From an uncultured archaeon (GTDB taxonomy: Archaea > Thermoproteota > Nitrososphaeria > Nitrososphaerales > Gagatemarchaeaceae), in contig CAWFOU010000001.1 in the NCBI GenBank assembly GCA_963817525.1, positions 1,024,001 to 1,088,000 of the forward strand: a stretch of 64,000 bases of DNA, written 5' to 3'. The notes beneath the pieces are model-generated. The model was not told where the DNA came from. It did no database searches and saw only the letters and a program-made list of their open reading frames with translations. Made by a program: the position numbers and the translations under genes. Below, piece by piece: positions 36,325 to 45,504 of this stretch. Position 1 is the stretch's first letter. The number at the start of each line of letters is the position of its first letter.

Positions 36325-36813
36325 CTATTGCTTCCTCTGGGCGAGAGCCGCCTGCCTCATCTTCCTCCTGGCGAGCGCCTCTCGATACCTCCTCCTCTCG
36401 GCGGCCGTCTGCGGGATGACCGGCTCGACCAGGCTGGGCTTGCCGTTCCCGTCGAGGGCGACGAAGGTGAGGTAGCAGGAGCCCGTGTGCGCGGTCGCGC
36501 CGGTGAGGGGGTCCTCGGCCTCAATCCGGACTCCGACCTCCATGGAGGTCTTGCCGACGTAGTTGACCGCGGCCTTCAGTATCAAGAGGTTCCCCACGTA
36601 GACGGGCGCGTAGAAGTCCATCCTGTCGATTGAGGCGGTGACGACGTTCTTCCTCGCGTGGTGGAAGGCCACGATCCCCGCGACCTCGTCCATGTACCTC
36701 ATTATCGCCCCACCGAAGACGTTGCCCAGGACGTTCCCGTCGGTCGGCATCATCAGCCTCACCGTCGTCATCTGGGACACAGAGACGTGCTTACCTCCGG
36801 CGTTGCGGCTCAT
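36325..36813 (-). CDS. Acyl-CoA thioesterase (hotdog fold)
   Basis: DGNVLGNVFGGAIMRYMD, VVTASID, GKTSMEVGV, TFVALD. Confidence 0.95.
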   Translation of the reverse strand: MSRNAGGKHVSVSQMTTVRLMMPTDGNVLGNVFGGAIMRYMDEVAGIVAFHHARKNVVTASIDRMDFYAPVYVGNLLILKAAVNYVGKTSMEVGVRIEAEDPLTGATAHTGSCYLTFVALDGNGKPSLVEPVIPQTAAERRRYREALARRKMRQAALAQRKQ

Positions 36814-36875
36814 GGCTGGCTGTGGAATGCGCAATGCTTGATAAAGCTGATTCGTCCCTTCGATAGTGGAAGCCC

Positions 36876-37526
36876 TTGGAGTATATCACGCCCGAAGAGA
36901 TGAGCGAGCTCGAGAGGGGCGCCGCCGGGTACGGCCTGAGCGTCAAGGAGCTCATGGAGAATGCGGGCGGGGGCGTAGCGGATTTCGTCCTGTCCAGGTT
37001 CGGCTCGGCGGGGCGAGTCTGCGTGGTGTGCGGGGGAGGGAACAACGGCGGGGACGGGTTCGTGGCCGCCAGACACCTCGCATCGCGCTGCGTCGTCGAC
37101 GTCGTCCTACTAACGCCGCCTGACAAGATCAGGATGGAGGAGGCCAGGGAGAACTGGAGGGCGCTCGAGGGGACGGGGGCGAGTCTCCACCTGGCGGAAG
37201 ACGTGGCGGCCCTTGAGCAGGAGGCGGGCCTTTTCACCTCCGCTGGGCTGATAGTCGTGGCTATATTCGGGACTGGCGTAAAGGGTGGGGTCGTGAAGGA
37301 GCCCTACGCATCTGCCATATCGATGGTGAACGCCGCGAGGGCAGTCAAGGTGGCGGTCGACCTCCCCTCCGGGATTGACCCTGCGACCGGGGCCGCGAGC
37401 GACCCGACGGTGAGGGCCGACTATACCGTCGCGCTGCACCTTCCGAAGGTAGGCCTCAGAGGGCGGGAGGAGTTCACGGGAGAGGTGGTCGTGGTGCCCA
37501 TCGGGATCAGGGGAACGCGGGCTTGA
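36876..37526 (+). CDS. nnrE: NAD(P)H-hydrate epimerase (YjeF N-terminal)
   Basis: LMENAG, CGGGNNGGDG, IFGTG, AVDLPSG. Confidence 0.93.
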   Translation: MEYITPEEMSELERGAAGYGLSVKELMENAGGGVADFVLSRFGSAGRVCVVCGGGNNGGDGFVAARHLASRCVVDVVLLTPPDKIRMEEARENWRALEGTGASLHLAEDVAALEQEAGLFTSAGLIVVAIFGTGVKGGVVKEPYASAISMVNAARAVKVAVDLPSGIDPATGAASDPTVRADYTVALHLPKVGLRGREEFTGEVVVVPIGIRGTRA

Positions 37527-38134
37527 AGGTGTTCCAGATTCCCGTCGGTCCGATGCAGAACTTCGTCTACTTGGTGGAGGACGAGGAGAGCAGGGAGGCC
37601 ATAGCGATCGACTCGGGGTGGGAGACCCAGCCCATCGCCAAGGTCGCCGCCGCGGAGGGGATGAAGGTGAAGTATGTCGCGGCCACCCACGGGCATTTTG
37701 ACCACGTGAAGACACTGGGCCAGCTCGCCGCGGAGCTCGGGGCGGAGACGGTGGCCTTCGAGGGCTCCGAGGTCGACGCGAAGATAAAGGTCCGCGACGG
37801 TGAGGTCCTGAAGCTCGGCGAGAAAGGCGTGAAGGTCATCCACACGCCGGGGCACACCGAGGACAGCGTCTGCTACTACACCGGGAGCGACCTCTTCACG
37901 GGGGACACGCTCTTCATCGAGGCGTGGGGGCGCACCGACCTGCCCGGAGGCTCCCCCGAGAAGCTGTATTCGAGCCTGCACGGTGTGATAATGCGCTTGC
38001 CCGCGACGACGATGATCTACCCCGGGCACGACTATGGCGACGTCCGCTTCAGGACTCTCGCGGACGAGGCGGTCAAGAACAAGGCGCTGCGCGCGAAGAC
38101 CTTAGACCAGTTCAAGAAGCTGGTGCAGGCCTGA
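37523..38134 (+). CDS. Metallo-beta-lactamase fold hydrolase (glyoxalase II-like)
   Basis: THGHFDH, TPGHT, FTGDTLF, GRTDLPG, YPGHDYG. Confidence 0.93.
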   Translation: MKVFQIPVGPMQNFVYLVEDEESREAIAIDSGWETQPIAKVAAAEGMKVKYVAATHGHFDHVKTLGQLAAELGAETVAFEGSEVDAKIKVRDGEVLKLGEKGVKVIHTPGHTEDSVCYYTGSDLFTGDTLFIEAWGRTDLPGGSPEKLYSSLHGVIMRLPATTMIYPGHDYGDVRFRTLADEAVKNKALRAKTLDQFKKLVQA

Positions 38135-38141
38135 CGGCGAG

Positions 38142-39167
38142 CTAGCCGAACCACTTCTCGAGGGTCTCGCTCTTGGAGCTCTCGAGCCCGACCACCCTCT
38201 TTACAGCGGCGTCTACACGGTCAGGGGAGAAGGAGTGCTCGTCGACCAAAAAGGCCCTTACCGCGTCGGGCTTCATCTCTCCCCAGGAGGGGACGATGCC
38301 CTTCTTGGCGGGCGGGTGGAGGAAGAGGTTCCTTATCGCTTGGTAGTCGATCTTCGCGACCTCGTCCTTCAGCGGCTCGATCTTGTCTAAGGAGTGGTAG
38401 GTCTTGAGCAGCTTCATCCCCTTCACCGGGCCTATGCCCTTGAACCCGTCGGGGTTGAAGTCCGTCCCCATCAGTATGCCAAAGTCGATCAGCTGCTCCC
38501 TGGTCATGTCGAGCACCTTCAGGGTCTCCTCGAGGCTGATGGTCTCCGGCTCTACCTCGATGAATATCCCCTTGCTGGGGAGCCTCCTCCTCCCGGAGAT
38601 GGTGATGTTCCTCGCGAGGAGCGGCGCCCCGAATAGGAGCGAGTCGTGGTCCTGCGAGCCGACCGCGTCGACGGTCCCCTCCGTGGCCATCACGGCGGCC
38701 TGGGCTTCGCCCTCGGAGGGGGCGTCCACCCACGGGATGCCCATGGCTTCGAGGAGCTGCTTGGATTCGACCACCATGTCCTGCCGGAGGGAGGTGGAGG
38801 CCTCCGCGTACTTCCTAGCGGCGGGCAGGTCGCCCGCTTCCACCGCAACGACGTACTGACGCTTGGCCTCGTCCCGCCTCTCTCTTCGCCTCTCGATCTC
38901 CGTGGTCTTGAGCTCGGGCGGGGCCCCGTCGAAGACGTAGACGAGCTTCATGTTGAGCTCTAGCAGGTTGATGTTCCTGTAGAAGAGCCCGCTGAGGTGG
39001 CTGGTCACCCTCCCACGAGAGTCCTTGAGATGCTCTCCGCCCACGCCCCGGATAATCGCAAGGAACTGGTATAGGGTGTTGTAGGCGTCGATGGCTATCT
39101 TCTTGTTGCTGAGGGCCTCGAGGGGGACCTTCTTCCTCGGCAGGACGTCACCGAGGTCTACGCCCAA
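38142..39167 (-). CDS. fen: Flap endonuclease 1
   Basis: IDAYNTLYQFL, TSHLSGLFYR, APSEGEAQAA, GTDFN; C-terminal PIP-like TLEKWF. Confidence 0.98.
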   Translation of the reverse strand: MGVDLGDVLPRKKVPLEALSNKKIAIDAYNTLYQFLAIIRGVGGEHLKDSRGRVTSHLSGLFYRNINLLELNMKLVYVFDGAPPELKTTEIERRRERRDEAKRQYVVAVEAGDLPAARKYAEASTSLRQDMVVESKQLLEAMGIPWVDAPSEGEAQAAVMATEGTVDAVGSQDHDSLLFGAPLLARNITISGRRRLPSKGIFIEVEPETISLEETLKVLDMTREQLIDFGILMGTDFNPDGFKGIGPVKGMKLLKTYHSLDKIEPLKDEVAKIDYQAIRNLFLHPPAKKGIVPSWGEMKPDAVRAFLVDEHSFSPDRVDAAVKRVVGLESSKSETLEKWFG

Positions 39168-39248
39168 CTGACGAGCTTCACCCGACCGCTGGCCATCTTT
39201 GCAGATTCCCCTGCCGGAGCGCGCTCCCGCGGGCTAAAAAAAGTAGTC

Positions 39249-39485
39249 TCACTCTGCGTATCTGACGGGGGCCGCGGCGGCCTCCACGAACTCGATCCTC
39301 CGCTTCTCCTTGGCCACCCACCTCACCGTTATCGAGCCCTGGATCTCGAGGTCGAGGAGCGCCTTGTTCAGCTCGTGGACGGAGTAGCCGCCGGACTTTT
39401 CGAGGATTGTGAGCAGCTCTTCGTCCGTCGCGTGCTTCTTCTCCTTGACCAACTCGTAGACGGCAAAACGCAGCGGGGGCTTCAA
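39249..39485 (-). CDS. Small conserved winged-helix protein
   Basis: ELNKALLDLEIQGSITVRW; position upstream of fen. Confidence 0.8.
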   Translation of the reverse strand: MKPPLRFAVYELVKEKKHATDEELLTILEKSGGYSVHELNKALLDLEIQGSITVRWVAKEKRRIEFVEAAAAPVRYAE

Positions 39486-39571
39486 ATCTCTAACAACACT
39501 CTATGCGGGCTGATACCTTAGGACGACCTCCGGGACTCTGGCCCGGGTTATAAAGCTTCGAGGCCGTTGGT

Positions 39572-39816
39572 GTGCGTCTTCGGGAGATGACGCGGATTGG
39601 CGCTTTTATCATGAACCAAGCCACTCTCCCATGCGAGTGACTCGCATCGGAGGCCGCCGAGGTTCGTCGGTTTCCGTCCTTCTACCCTGTGGAGGTGACT
39701 CTTCATGGTAGAGGCGAGGAAGGGCTTGCAGGTGAAGCAATGGTACAGGAACGGGTCTGGTAGCCCTAATCCTGAAAGTCGATGCAAGCAAGGAGCGCCG
39801 TCTCCTGATGACGCGC
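39572..39816 (+). ncRNA. Candidate structured ncRNA (~245 nt), family unassigned
   Basis: Ends pair (39572-39588 with 39800-39816) and stack on 39599-39607/39791-39799. There are at least five internal helices, G-U wobbles, and a GUGA tetraloop on the + strand. TTATAAA at 39548-39554. No credible CDS. Confidence 0.65.
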
Positions 39817-39834
39817 CAGAACCGAGGCCTTGTG

Positions 39835-40119
39835 TCAGACCTTGAGTTGGCTCGACATCCTGCTCACGCCCATCAGGTCTGACTGGGTCACGAGAGGAGC
39901 CTTTGCGACCGCCTGCTCCACCTTGTCGACCATGCCATCTTCCTCTGGGGCGATGATGTCTATTATGAGCGCGTACAACCCGAAGGCGATCGGGTCGACC
40001 TTGCTGCCCTTCAGCTGCATCTCCTTCCCGAGGACACTCTTCACAGAATCTAGAAGGCTGTCTGACGGGATCTCGGGGCCCGACGGCATCACTTTCACGC
40101 GAACTACGTAGGATCCCAT
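39835..40119 (-). CDS. ef1b: Translation elongation factor 1-beta
   Basis: VKVMPSGPE...PIAFGLYAL. Start placed at ATG 40119. Confidence 0.93.
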   Translation of the reverse strand: MGSYVVRVKVMPSGPEIPSDSLLDSVKSVLGKEMQLKGSKVDPIAFGLYALIIDIIAPEEDGMVDKVEQAVAKAPLVTQSDLMGVSRMSSQLKV

Positions 40120-40121
40120 CG

Positions 40122-40304
40122 CTATGGTCCCTCGAACCCGCAGTTGACGCACTTGTATCTCCTTGAGAACTTGCGGCACTTTTCGCATCGCCAGACTAAG
40201 AGCTGGCTGCAGCTGGGGCAGCGGAACTTCGAGGCCTTCTCCCCAGGCATGATGGGCCGGTTGCAAGAGGTGCAGACCGGGAGCGCGACCGACCTTTGCG
40301 ACAA
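40122..40304 (-). CDS. DUF1610 zinc-ribbon protein
   Basis: CTSC...FRCPSC...RCEKCR...YKCVNCGFEGP; conserved position before EF-1beta. Confidence 0.92.
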   Translation of the reverse strand: MSQRSVALPVCTSCNRPIMPGEKASKFRCPSCSQLLVWRCEKCRKFSRRYKCVNCGFEGP

Positions 40305-40358
40305 GCTGGAAAGGCCCCGCCGAGGCTAGGAATTATACCTTCCGAGGCCCGCCATGGC

Positions 40359-41564
40359 TCATTCTCCGGTCGAGCCAGACGACCGCACGAGGGAGGCCAC
40401 CGCCTGCTTCGCCTCGGAGGATACGAGGACCCCCGCGAGCTGCAGGACGCCCTTTACCCCCAACGCTGAGAGGGCCGCGCTGGCATGGAAGTCGAAAGAG
40501 CCGGAGGCGAGCTTCGCGGCGACCTTGGGCCGCTCAAGGGTCGCGACCAGCTTGTCGAGGTCCTTGTTCGAGAGGTTCTCGTAGATGTGCCTCAGCCTGA
40601 TCATGAGCCGATACTCCTTGGCGTACGTGTCCGACCAGTCAGGCTGGTATCGCGACAGGAGCGAAGGGTCCTTGAGGTTGACGGCGTCCGAGACCCAGCG
40701 GGCGGCGACGACCCCTCCCGCGACGGAGCTCGGGATCCCGCCCGCGGTTGTAGGCTTCACCTGCCCGGCGGACTCGCCGACGTAGACGGTGCGCCCTGAG
40801 ACGAACTGCTCTATCGGGCCTCCCACGTATATCGTGCAGGCGACCTTGCTGACTATCTTCGAGTCGCGCTCCGCGAGGAAGGCCTCCAGGGCCTTTGCCG
40901 CGTTTATCCCAAAGCCCGCCGCGCCGACCTTCGCTATCCCCGGTCCGCGGGGGATGACCCAGGCGAAGAACCCCGGGTACTTCTCCTGGTCGGTATAGAC
41001 CTCGACGACCCCGTCCGTGAACCAGTCTCCCTCCACCTCGTACTTGGCGGTGGGGACGAGCCCTTCCCTCCTGAACTTCATCACCCCGGTCGGCCCTGTC
41101 GCGTCGACGTAGTATGACCCAAGGTAGACGTCCGGGCCCGCGCCTACCTTGACCCCGTCGCCCCGGTCCTCGACGCCGGTGACCCGGGTCCCCAGCTTGA
41201 CCTCGGCGCCCCAGGCCTCCGCGTTCCCAGCGAGCTGCTTGTCGAAGGCGCTCCGATCGATCACCACGACGTTGAGGCGCGACGCGTCGAGCGAGGCTTT
41301 CCTCCCCGAGGGCGAGTAGACCACGCCCTTTGTGACTCGGCTCTGGATGCAGGACTTCTCGGGAGTCGCGTAGCGCCTCAGCTCTTCGAGGCTCACTAGG
41401 CCGTCGCACTTCTCGGGCTCGCCGATCTCCTTGTCCTCCTCGAGCACGAGGACGCTCAGCCCCCTCCTGCAGGCCTCCGCCGCGAACGTAAGGCCCGCGA
41501 CGCTCCCACCCCCGACCACGACGTCGTAGCGGCGAGAGGAGGATGTTTCTGAAGGGTTTGGCAT
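40359..41564 (-). CDS. Geranylgeranyl reductase family FAD-dependent oxidoreductase
   Basis: DVVVGGGSVAG, IGEPEKCDG, DRSAFDK, PGFFAWVIP, GESAGQVKPTTAGGI. Confidence 0.9.
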   Translation of the reverse strand: MPNPSETSSSRRYDVVVGGGSVAGLTFAAEACRRGLSVLVLEEDKEIGEPEKCDGLVSLEELRRYATPEKSCIQSRVTKGVVYSPSGRKASLDASRLNVVVIDRSAFDKQLAGNAEAWGAEVKLGTRVTGVEDRGDGVKVGAGPDVYLGSYYVDATGPTGVMKFRREGLVPTAKYEVEGDWFTDGVVEVYTDQEKYPGFFAWVIPRGPGIAKVGAAGFGINAAKALEAFLAERDSKIVSKVACTIYVGGPIEQFVSGRTVYVGESAGQVKPTTAGGIPSSVAGGVVAARWVSDAVNLKDPSLLSRYQPDWSDTYAKEYRLMIRLRHIYENLSNKDLDKLVATLERPKVAAKLASGSFDFHASAALSALGVKGVLQLAGVLVSSEAKQAVASLVRSSGSTGE

Positions 41565-41637
41565 GCGATCGACCGGGTCCGAAGCCGAAGCAAGCCTTAA
41601 CCCGGCGCGTAATAACCCTTCGAATCCGGTGGCCGGG

Positions 41638-41997
41638 GTGTCCGAGATAAAGCAGGTCATAGTGGTCCGGTCTGACCTTGGCATGGGCAAGGGGAAGGTG
41701 GCCGCGCAGGTGGCGCACGCGGCCGTCGACGGTGCGGAGACGGCGAGGCAGAAGAATCCCAAATGGTACGACTCGTGGATGGGGCAGGGGCAAGCAAAGG
41801 TGGTGCTCAAGACGGATGGAGGCGAAGCGGCGCTCGTGGATCTCCAGAAGCAGGCGAGGAGCCTCGGCTTGCCGGTTGCGCTTATCCAGGACAGAGGCCT
41901 GACCCAGGTCGAGCCGGGGACGACGACGTGCCTAGGGATAGGGCCCGGGCCGGCCGGCGAGATCGACAAGGTCACCGGCAAGCTGAAGCTCCTTTGA
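41638..41997 (+). CDS. pth2: Peptidyl-tRNA hydrolase Pth2
   Basis: KQVIVVRSDLGMGKGKVAAQVAHAA, DRGLTQV, TGKLKLL. Confidence 0.97.
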   Translation: MSEIKQVIVVRSDLGMGKGKVAAQVAHAAVDGAETARQKNPKWYDSWMGQGQAKVVLKTDGGEAALVDLQKQARSLGLPVALIQDRGLTQVEPGTTTCLGIGPGPAGEIDKVTGKLKLL

Positions 41998-43259
41998 CGT
42001 GCGTCCTGCCTCCCGACGCGGACGTCGACTCAGGCCTGGTCGTTTACTCTACCCCGGGCGGCCGCCACGAGGGGAGGCTGCGCACGAGCTTCCAGGACTT
42101 CCAGGTCCAGGAGCTGATCTCGCTCAAGGACGTCGTGGAGGCAAGGGGGCCTGGGCTCGTCCCAATCTACAGGGTGACCAAGGCGGGGGTCGACACCCCT
42201 CACGTCGCGCGGGAGATAGCCGCGATGATAAAGAGCGAGGTGAACTTCGCGGGTCTCAAGGACAAGAACGCGACCGTCGTCCAGTACCTCAGCGCGAGGA
42301 GCAGCAGGGCGCTGGCCCCTCCGGAGCTCCGAGGGAGCAGGTTCGAGGCGAAGCTGGTCGGGTTCTCAAGGCCGGTGACTCGCGCGCTCCTGACCGGGAA
42401 CAGGTTCAGGATCCTCGTGGAGACTTCGGAGGACATCGGGGGCGACATCGAGGCGTGCTTCAGGGCCTGCGGCGAGAGGCACGTGGCGAACTTCTACGGC
42501 TATCAGAGGTTCGGGCTGAAGGGAGGAGTGAACAGGAGGGTGGGGAAGGCGGTGGTGTCGAAGGACTTTCAGGGGGCCGTGAGACTGTTGCTCGCCGAGC
42601 CGAGGGAGGGGGAGGATGAAGACACCAAGGAGGCGAGGAGGCTCTGCGGGGAGGGGAGGTACGCGGAGGCGGTGTCCCTCTTCTCGCCTCACCAAGACCT
42701 GGAGAAGAGCGTCGCGTCGAGCCTGGCCCAGAAGCCGGGGGACCACGTGGGGGCGCTCAGGAGGATACCCATCCCGATAAGGCGGCTCCTCGTGAACTCA
42801 TACCAGTCGTATCTCTTCAACCTCGCGCTGAGCCGCGCCGTCGCTGAGGGGGTCGACATATCGAAGGCGAGGGCCGGAGACAACTGGGCCGCCGTGAAGG
42901 AGGGGGGCCTCGCGATGGGGAGGGTGCACGGGGTCAAGGAGGCCCCGGAGGGCGACGCCGTTCCGCTCCTGCAGATCGTGGGGTACGCGCACAGAGACTA
43001 TGGGTCGAGGCTCGACGGCGTGCTCTCCGAGGTCATGAAGGAGGAGGGCGTCGACCCGGGCTCGTTCTACGTCAAGGAGGCCGAGGAGGTGAGCAACGAA
43101 GGGGGCTTCAGGTCCGCGCCACTCCTTGCCGTGGACCTCTCTTCAGGGATGGAGGAGAGGGGTTTCGTGCTGGAGTTCTCGTTGGCGAAGGGCGAGTATG
43201 CGACCGTGCTCTTGAGGGAGCTGTTAAAGCCGGAGCAACCTAGGCTGGCGGGCTTTTAG
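41994..43259 (+). CDS. truD: tRNA pseudouridine(13) synthase
   Basis: DFQVQE, AGLKDKNATVVQ, GNRFRI, NFYGYQRFG, YQSYLFN, GEYATVLLREL. TTG overlaps the pth2 stop. Confidence 0.95.
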   Translation: MTCVLPPDADVDSGLVVYSTPGGRHEGRLRTSFQDFQVQELISLKDVVEARGPGLVPIYRVTKAGVDTPHVAREIAAMIKSEVNFAGLKDKNATVVQYLSARSSRALAPPELRGSRFEAKLVGFSRPVTRALLTGNRFRILVETSEDIGGDIEACFRACGERHVANFYGYQRFGLKGGVNRRVGKAVVSKDFQGAVRLLLAEPREGEDEDTKEARRLCGEGRYAEAVSLFSPHQDLEKSVASSLAQKPGDHVGALRRIPIPIRRLLVNSYQSYLFNLALSRAVAEGVDISKARAGDNWAAVKEGGLAMGRVHGVKEAPEGDAVPLLQIVGYAHRDYGSRLDGVLSEVMKEEGVDPGSFYVKEAEEVSNEGGFRSAPLLAVDLSSGMEERGFVLEFSLAKGEYATVLLRELLKPEQPRLAGF

Positions 43260-43261
43260 GG

Positions 43262-43717
43262 CTAGGATACGATGCCCAGCCTGCGGCGATAGTCGTAGTC
43301 CTTCTTTATCGCGGGGTGCGAAGGATCGACGAGGATGCACTCATACCACCTGTGCTTGCCGTCCACCCAGAGCTCGTAGGAGCCAAGGAGCTTCAGGTTC
43401 GTGTGCTTCTCCTTGACGCGCCTCTCCGCTACCTTCTGGACGGGCTCGTCCGACTTCATCCTGAGGACGCCCAGGTGCTTCGGCCTGCGGCCAGAGGTGG
43501 GGCGCGGCCTCCTCATCCCTCCTGCGGCGACCTTTATCCTGACCACGACGACGCCTTCCTTGGCCTTGTAGCCGTACATCCTCGCCTTGTTCAGGCGCGA
43601 GGGGCGCTCGATGCGCTCCATGGTCGGCCCTCTCCGGAGCTCGACCGCCCTCTGGAGGATGTCGCCGGACTTGTCCTTGAAGACCTTCTGCCAGGTCTCC
43701 CCTATCTGCCTATACAA
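43262..43717 (-). CDS. rpl15e: 50S ribosomal protein L15e (short form)
   Basis: RPSRLNKARMYGYKAKEG, GRRPK, YECILVDPSHPAI. Confidence 0.96.
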   Translation of the reverse strand: MYRQIGETWQKVFKDKSGDILQRAVELRRGPTMERIERPSRLNKARMYGYKAKEGVVVVRIKVAAGGMRRPRPTSGRRPKHLGVLRMKSDEPVQKVAERRVKEKHTNLKLLGSYELWVDGKHRWYECILVDPSHPAIKKDYDYRRRLGIVS

Positions 43718-43877
43718 ATCGAACGTTGCCCCGCTTCAAAAGAGGAAGATAAGTCTTCGGGTTTCGGGTTCTGGCGCGTCTTAGGGAATGAGGTTTTTCG
43801 AGGTAGGGGTGGTGCAAGTCGGGAGATGCTCACGCCACGTCCCCAAAAAATCACGCAGCATTATTGAAACGACCACC

Positions 43878-44384
43878 CTAACCCATGAAGGGGTGCGGAA
43901 ACCACGGTCCTATTCCGACAGGAAGAGGATTCGACGGAGAGAAATCTACCTGGCCGAACACCGCCGGGGCGGGGACGGAAGAGGCGACTATCTCGTAAGA
44001 ATAGACACCATAAGGCACAAGGAAGGTTATAGTGGACAGACTCTGATTGTTTGCGTGGGAAACTTCGTCCTCGGGCCATGGAAGAATCGTTGCGTTCGGG
44101 GGATTTGATTCGGTCAAGTTCCCTACGGCGCCGTTCGAGAGCCTGATGCTCCAAGGGACCCAACCCAATGTGTAGTGACCCCCCCAGAGGTCTTCTTGGA
44201 TGAAAGTCAATTCATGTAACCCCGCAGCGGAACTTGAACTTGCCGTTCGAGAGTAGGTGGTTGTTGTCGTTGTCTCCGTCCTTGACAGGTCGGTGGATGC
44301 GGAAGTCAGCGAGCCGAGCAGCAGGAAGGTAGACAGGAAGGTGAAGCTGACAGTCAGGATGCTCATGGTCCTTGAACGCATCAC
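43878..44384 (-). CDS. Secreted hypothetical protein with thermopsin-type surface repeat
   Basis: Signal plus T/S linker; LTF.Q...W.I.L...ITFLVPYGVYSY pattern; lower GC. Confidence 0.55.
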   Translation of the reverse strand: MMRSRTMSILTVSFTFLSTFLLLGSLTSASTDLSRTETTTTTTYSRTASSSSAAGLHELTFIQEDLWGGHYTLGWVPWSIRLSNGAVGNLTESNPPNATILPWPEDEVSHANNQSLSTITFLVPYGVYSYEIVASSVPAPAVFGQVDFSPSNPLPVGIGPWFPHPFMG

Positions 44385-44449
44385 AGTCCTACCGGATTCT
44401 TGGCAACTGCCTGCTTAATTAGGGCATTCCATCTGATTCCCTCGAGGCC

Positions 44450-44545
44450 CAAGTCCGACCCCTCAATTTAAGGGGAGTCTTCCCATCTAGGCCTATGTGA
44501 GGCCTCAGAAGTTGTAGGTTGACCTGATTCCGTCGGAAGTGATTT
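44450..44545 (-). pseudogene. DDE transposase C-terminal remnant (IS6/integrase-core-like)
   Basis: With one frameshift the DNA reads SDGIRSTYNF/LRPHIGLDGKTP, matching the YNxxRPHxxLxGxTP motif. Confidence 0.6.
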
Positions 44546-44582
44546 TTTGAGCCGAGCGGTCGTTGTCTGTCCCTCTGGATTG

Positions 44583-45503
44583 CTATTGTCTTGCGGCGAA
44601 GAACTGGTTTATCTTGGCCCCGACTATCGTGACAGCCGTATCCTGGGCGTCCTTGGTCTGCCCTCCAATGTGCGGAGTGGTGATGATGTTCGAGGCTGAC
44701 ACTATCTCTGGCCCGGGGGGCTCGTGCTCGAAGACGTCGAGGGCGGCCCCGCCTATCTCCCCGGCCTCCAGCGCCTTCACCAGTGCGGCCTCGTCGATGA
44801 CCTCCCCGCGGGAGGTGTTGATGATGACGGCGCTCCGCTTCATCAGGGAGATACGCCTCGTGTCGACCATGTGCCTCGTCTCGGATGTCAGGGGGACGTG
44901 GAGCGTGATGAAGTCGGAGGACGCGAAAAGGGAGTCCAGGTCGACCATCCTGCACCCCAGCGCCGCCAGCGTCTCCTGCGGCACCTCGATTACGTCGTAG
45001 CCAAGGAGTGAGAGGCCCAGCGCCCTGGCGATCTCCGCGACCCTTCTCCCGATGCGCCCGAGCCCCGCGATGCCGAGCGTCTTCCCCTTGAGCTCCGTCC
45101 CTACGAACCGCTGCTTGTCCCAGACGCCGGACTTCATCGAGGCGTCGGCTGCGGGGATGCTCCTCGCGACGGCGAGCATGAGTCCGACCACGTGCTCGGC
45201 TACCGCCTCGACGAGGGCCTCGGGGCTGTTCACCACTTCGACCCCCCTGGCGTTGGCCGCTCTCAGGTCTATGTTGTCGAGCCCCGTCCCGGGCCTCGCT
45301 ATGATCCTCAGGCGCGTGGCGCGCGCTATGACCTCCGCGTCCACCTTGGTGCGGCTGCGGACGACCACCGCGTCGTAGCCCTCCACTTTGGCGAGCAGGT
45401 CTTCCTTGGTGATGCTAGGCTCATAGTCTACCTCGAACGCGTCGGTGAGGCCAAGGGTCGCGACGTCCAACGTGTCGCAGACCAGGACTCTGCGCTTCGC
45501 CAA
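44583..45503 (-). CDS. D-3-phosphoglycerate / D-2-hydroxyacid dehydrogenase
   Basis: VRSRTKV, GTGLDNID, GLGRIG, NTSRG, LDVFEHEP, TPHIGG. Confidence 0.92.
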   Translation of the reverse strand: MAKRRVLVCDTLDVATLGLTDAFEVDYEPSITKEDLLAKVEGYDAVVVRSRTKVDAEVIARATRLRIIARPGTGLDNIDLRAANARGVEVVNSPEALVEAVAEHVVGLMLAVARSIPAADASMKSGVWDKQRFVGTELKGKTLGIAGLGRIGRRVAEIARALGLSLLGYDVIEVPQETLAALGCRMVDLDSLFASSDFITLHVPLTSETRHMVDTRRISLMKRSAVIINTSRGEVIDEAALVKALEAGEIGGAALDVFEHEPPGPEIVSASNIITTPHIGGQTKDAQDTAVTIVGAKINQFFAARQ

Positions 45504-45504
45504 T

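Noticed and set aside
39548-39787. Minus-strand 79-aa ORF with a C2H2-like YHCFTCKPF...SHLH
   Set aside because: The spacing does not fit C2H2, codon usage is unlike the neighbours, and the pairing pattern on the + strand explains the region better. Not formally excluded.
39572-39832. Assignment of the structured RNA as RNase P or SRP RNA
   Set aside because: GAGGAAGGGC and CAGAACC only loosely echo RNase P CR-I and CR-V and are misplaced relative to the closing helix. There is no SRP helix 8 with a GNRA loop and no Alu UGUNR. Left unassigned pending cmscan.
40359-41981. N-terminal extensions of the GGR and TruD ORFs across pth2
   Set aside because: They are artefacts of choosing the most upstream start; family motifs begin at 41564 and 41994.
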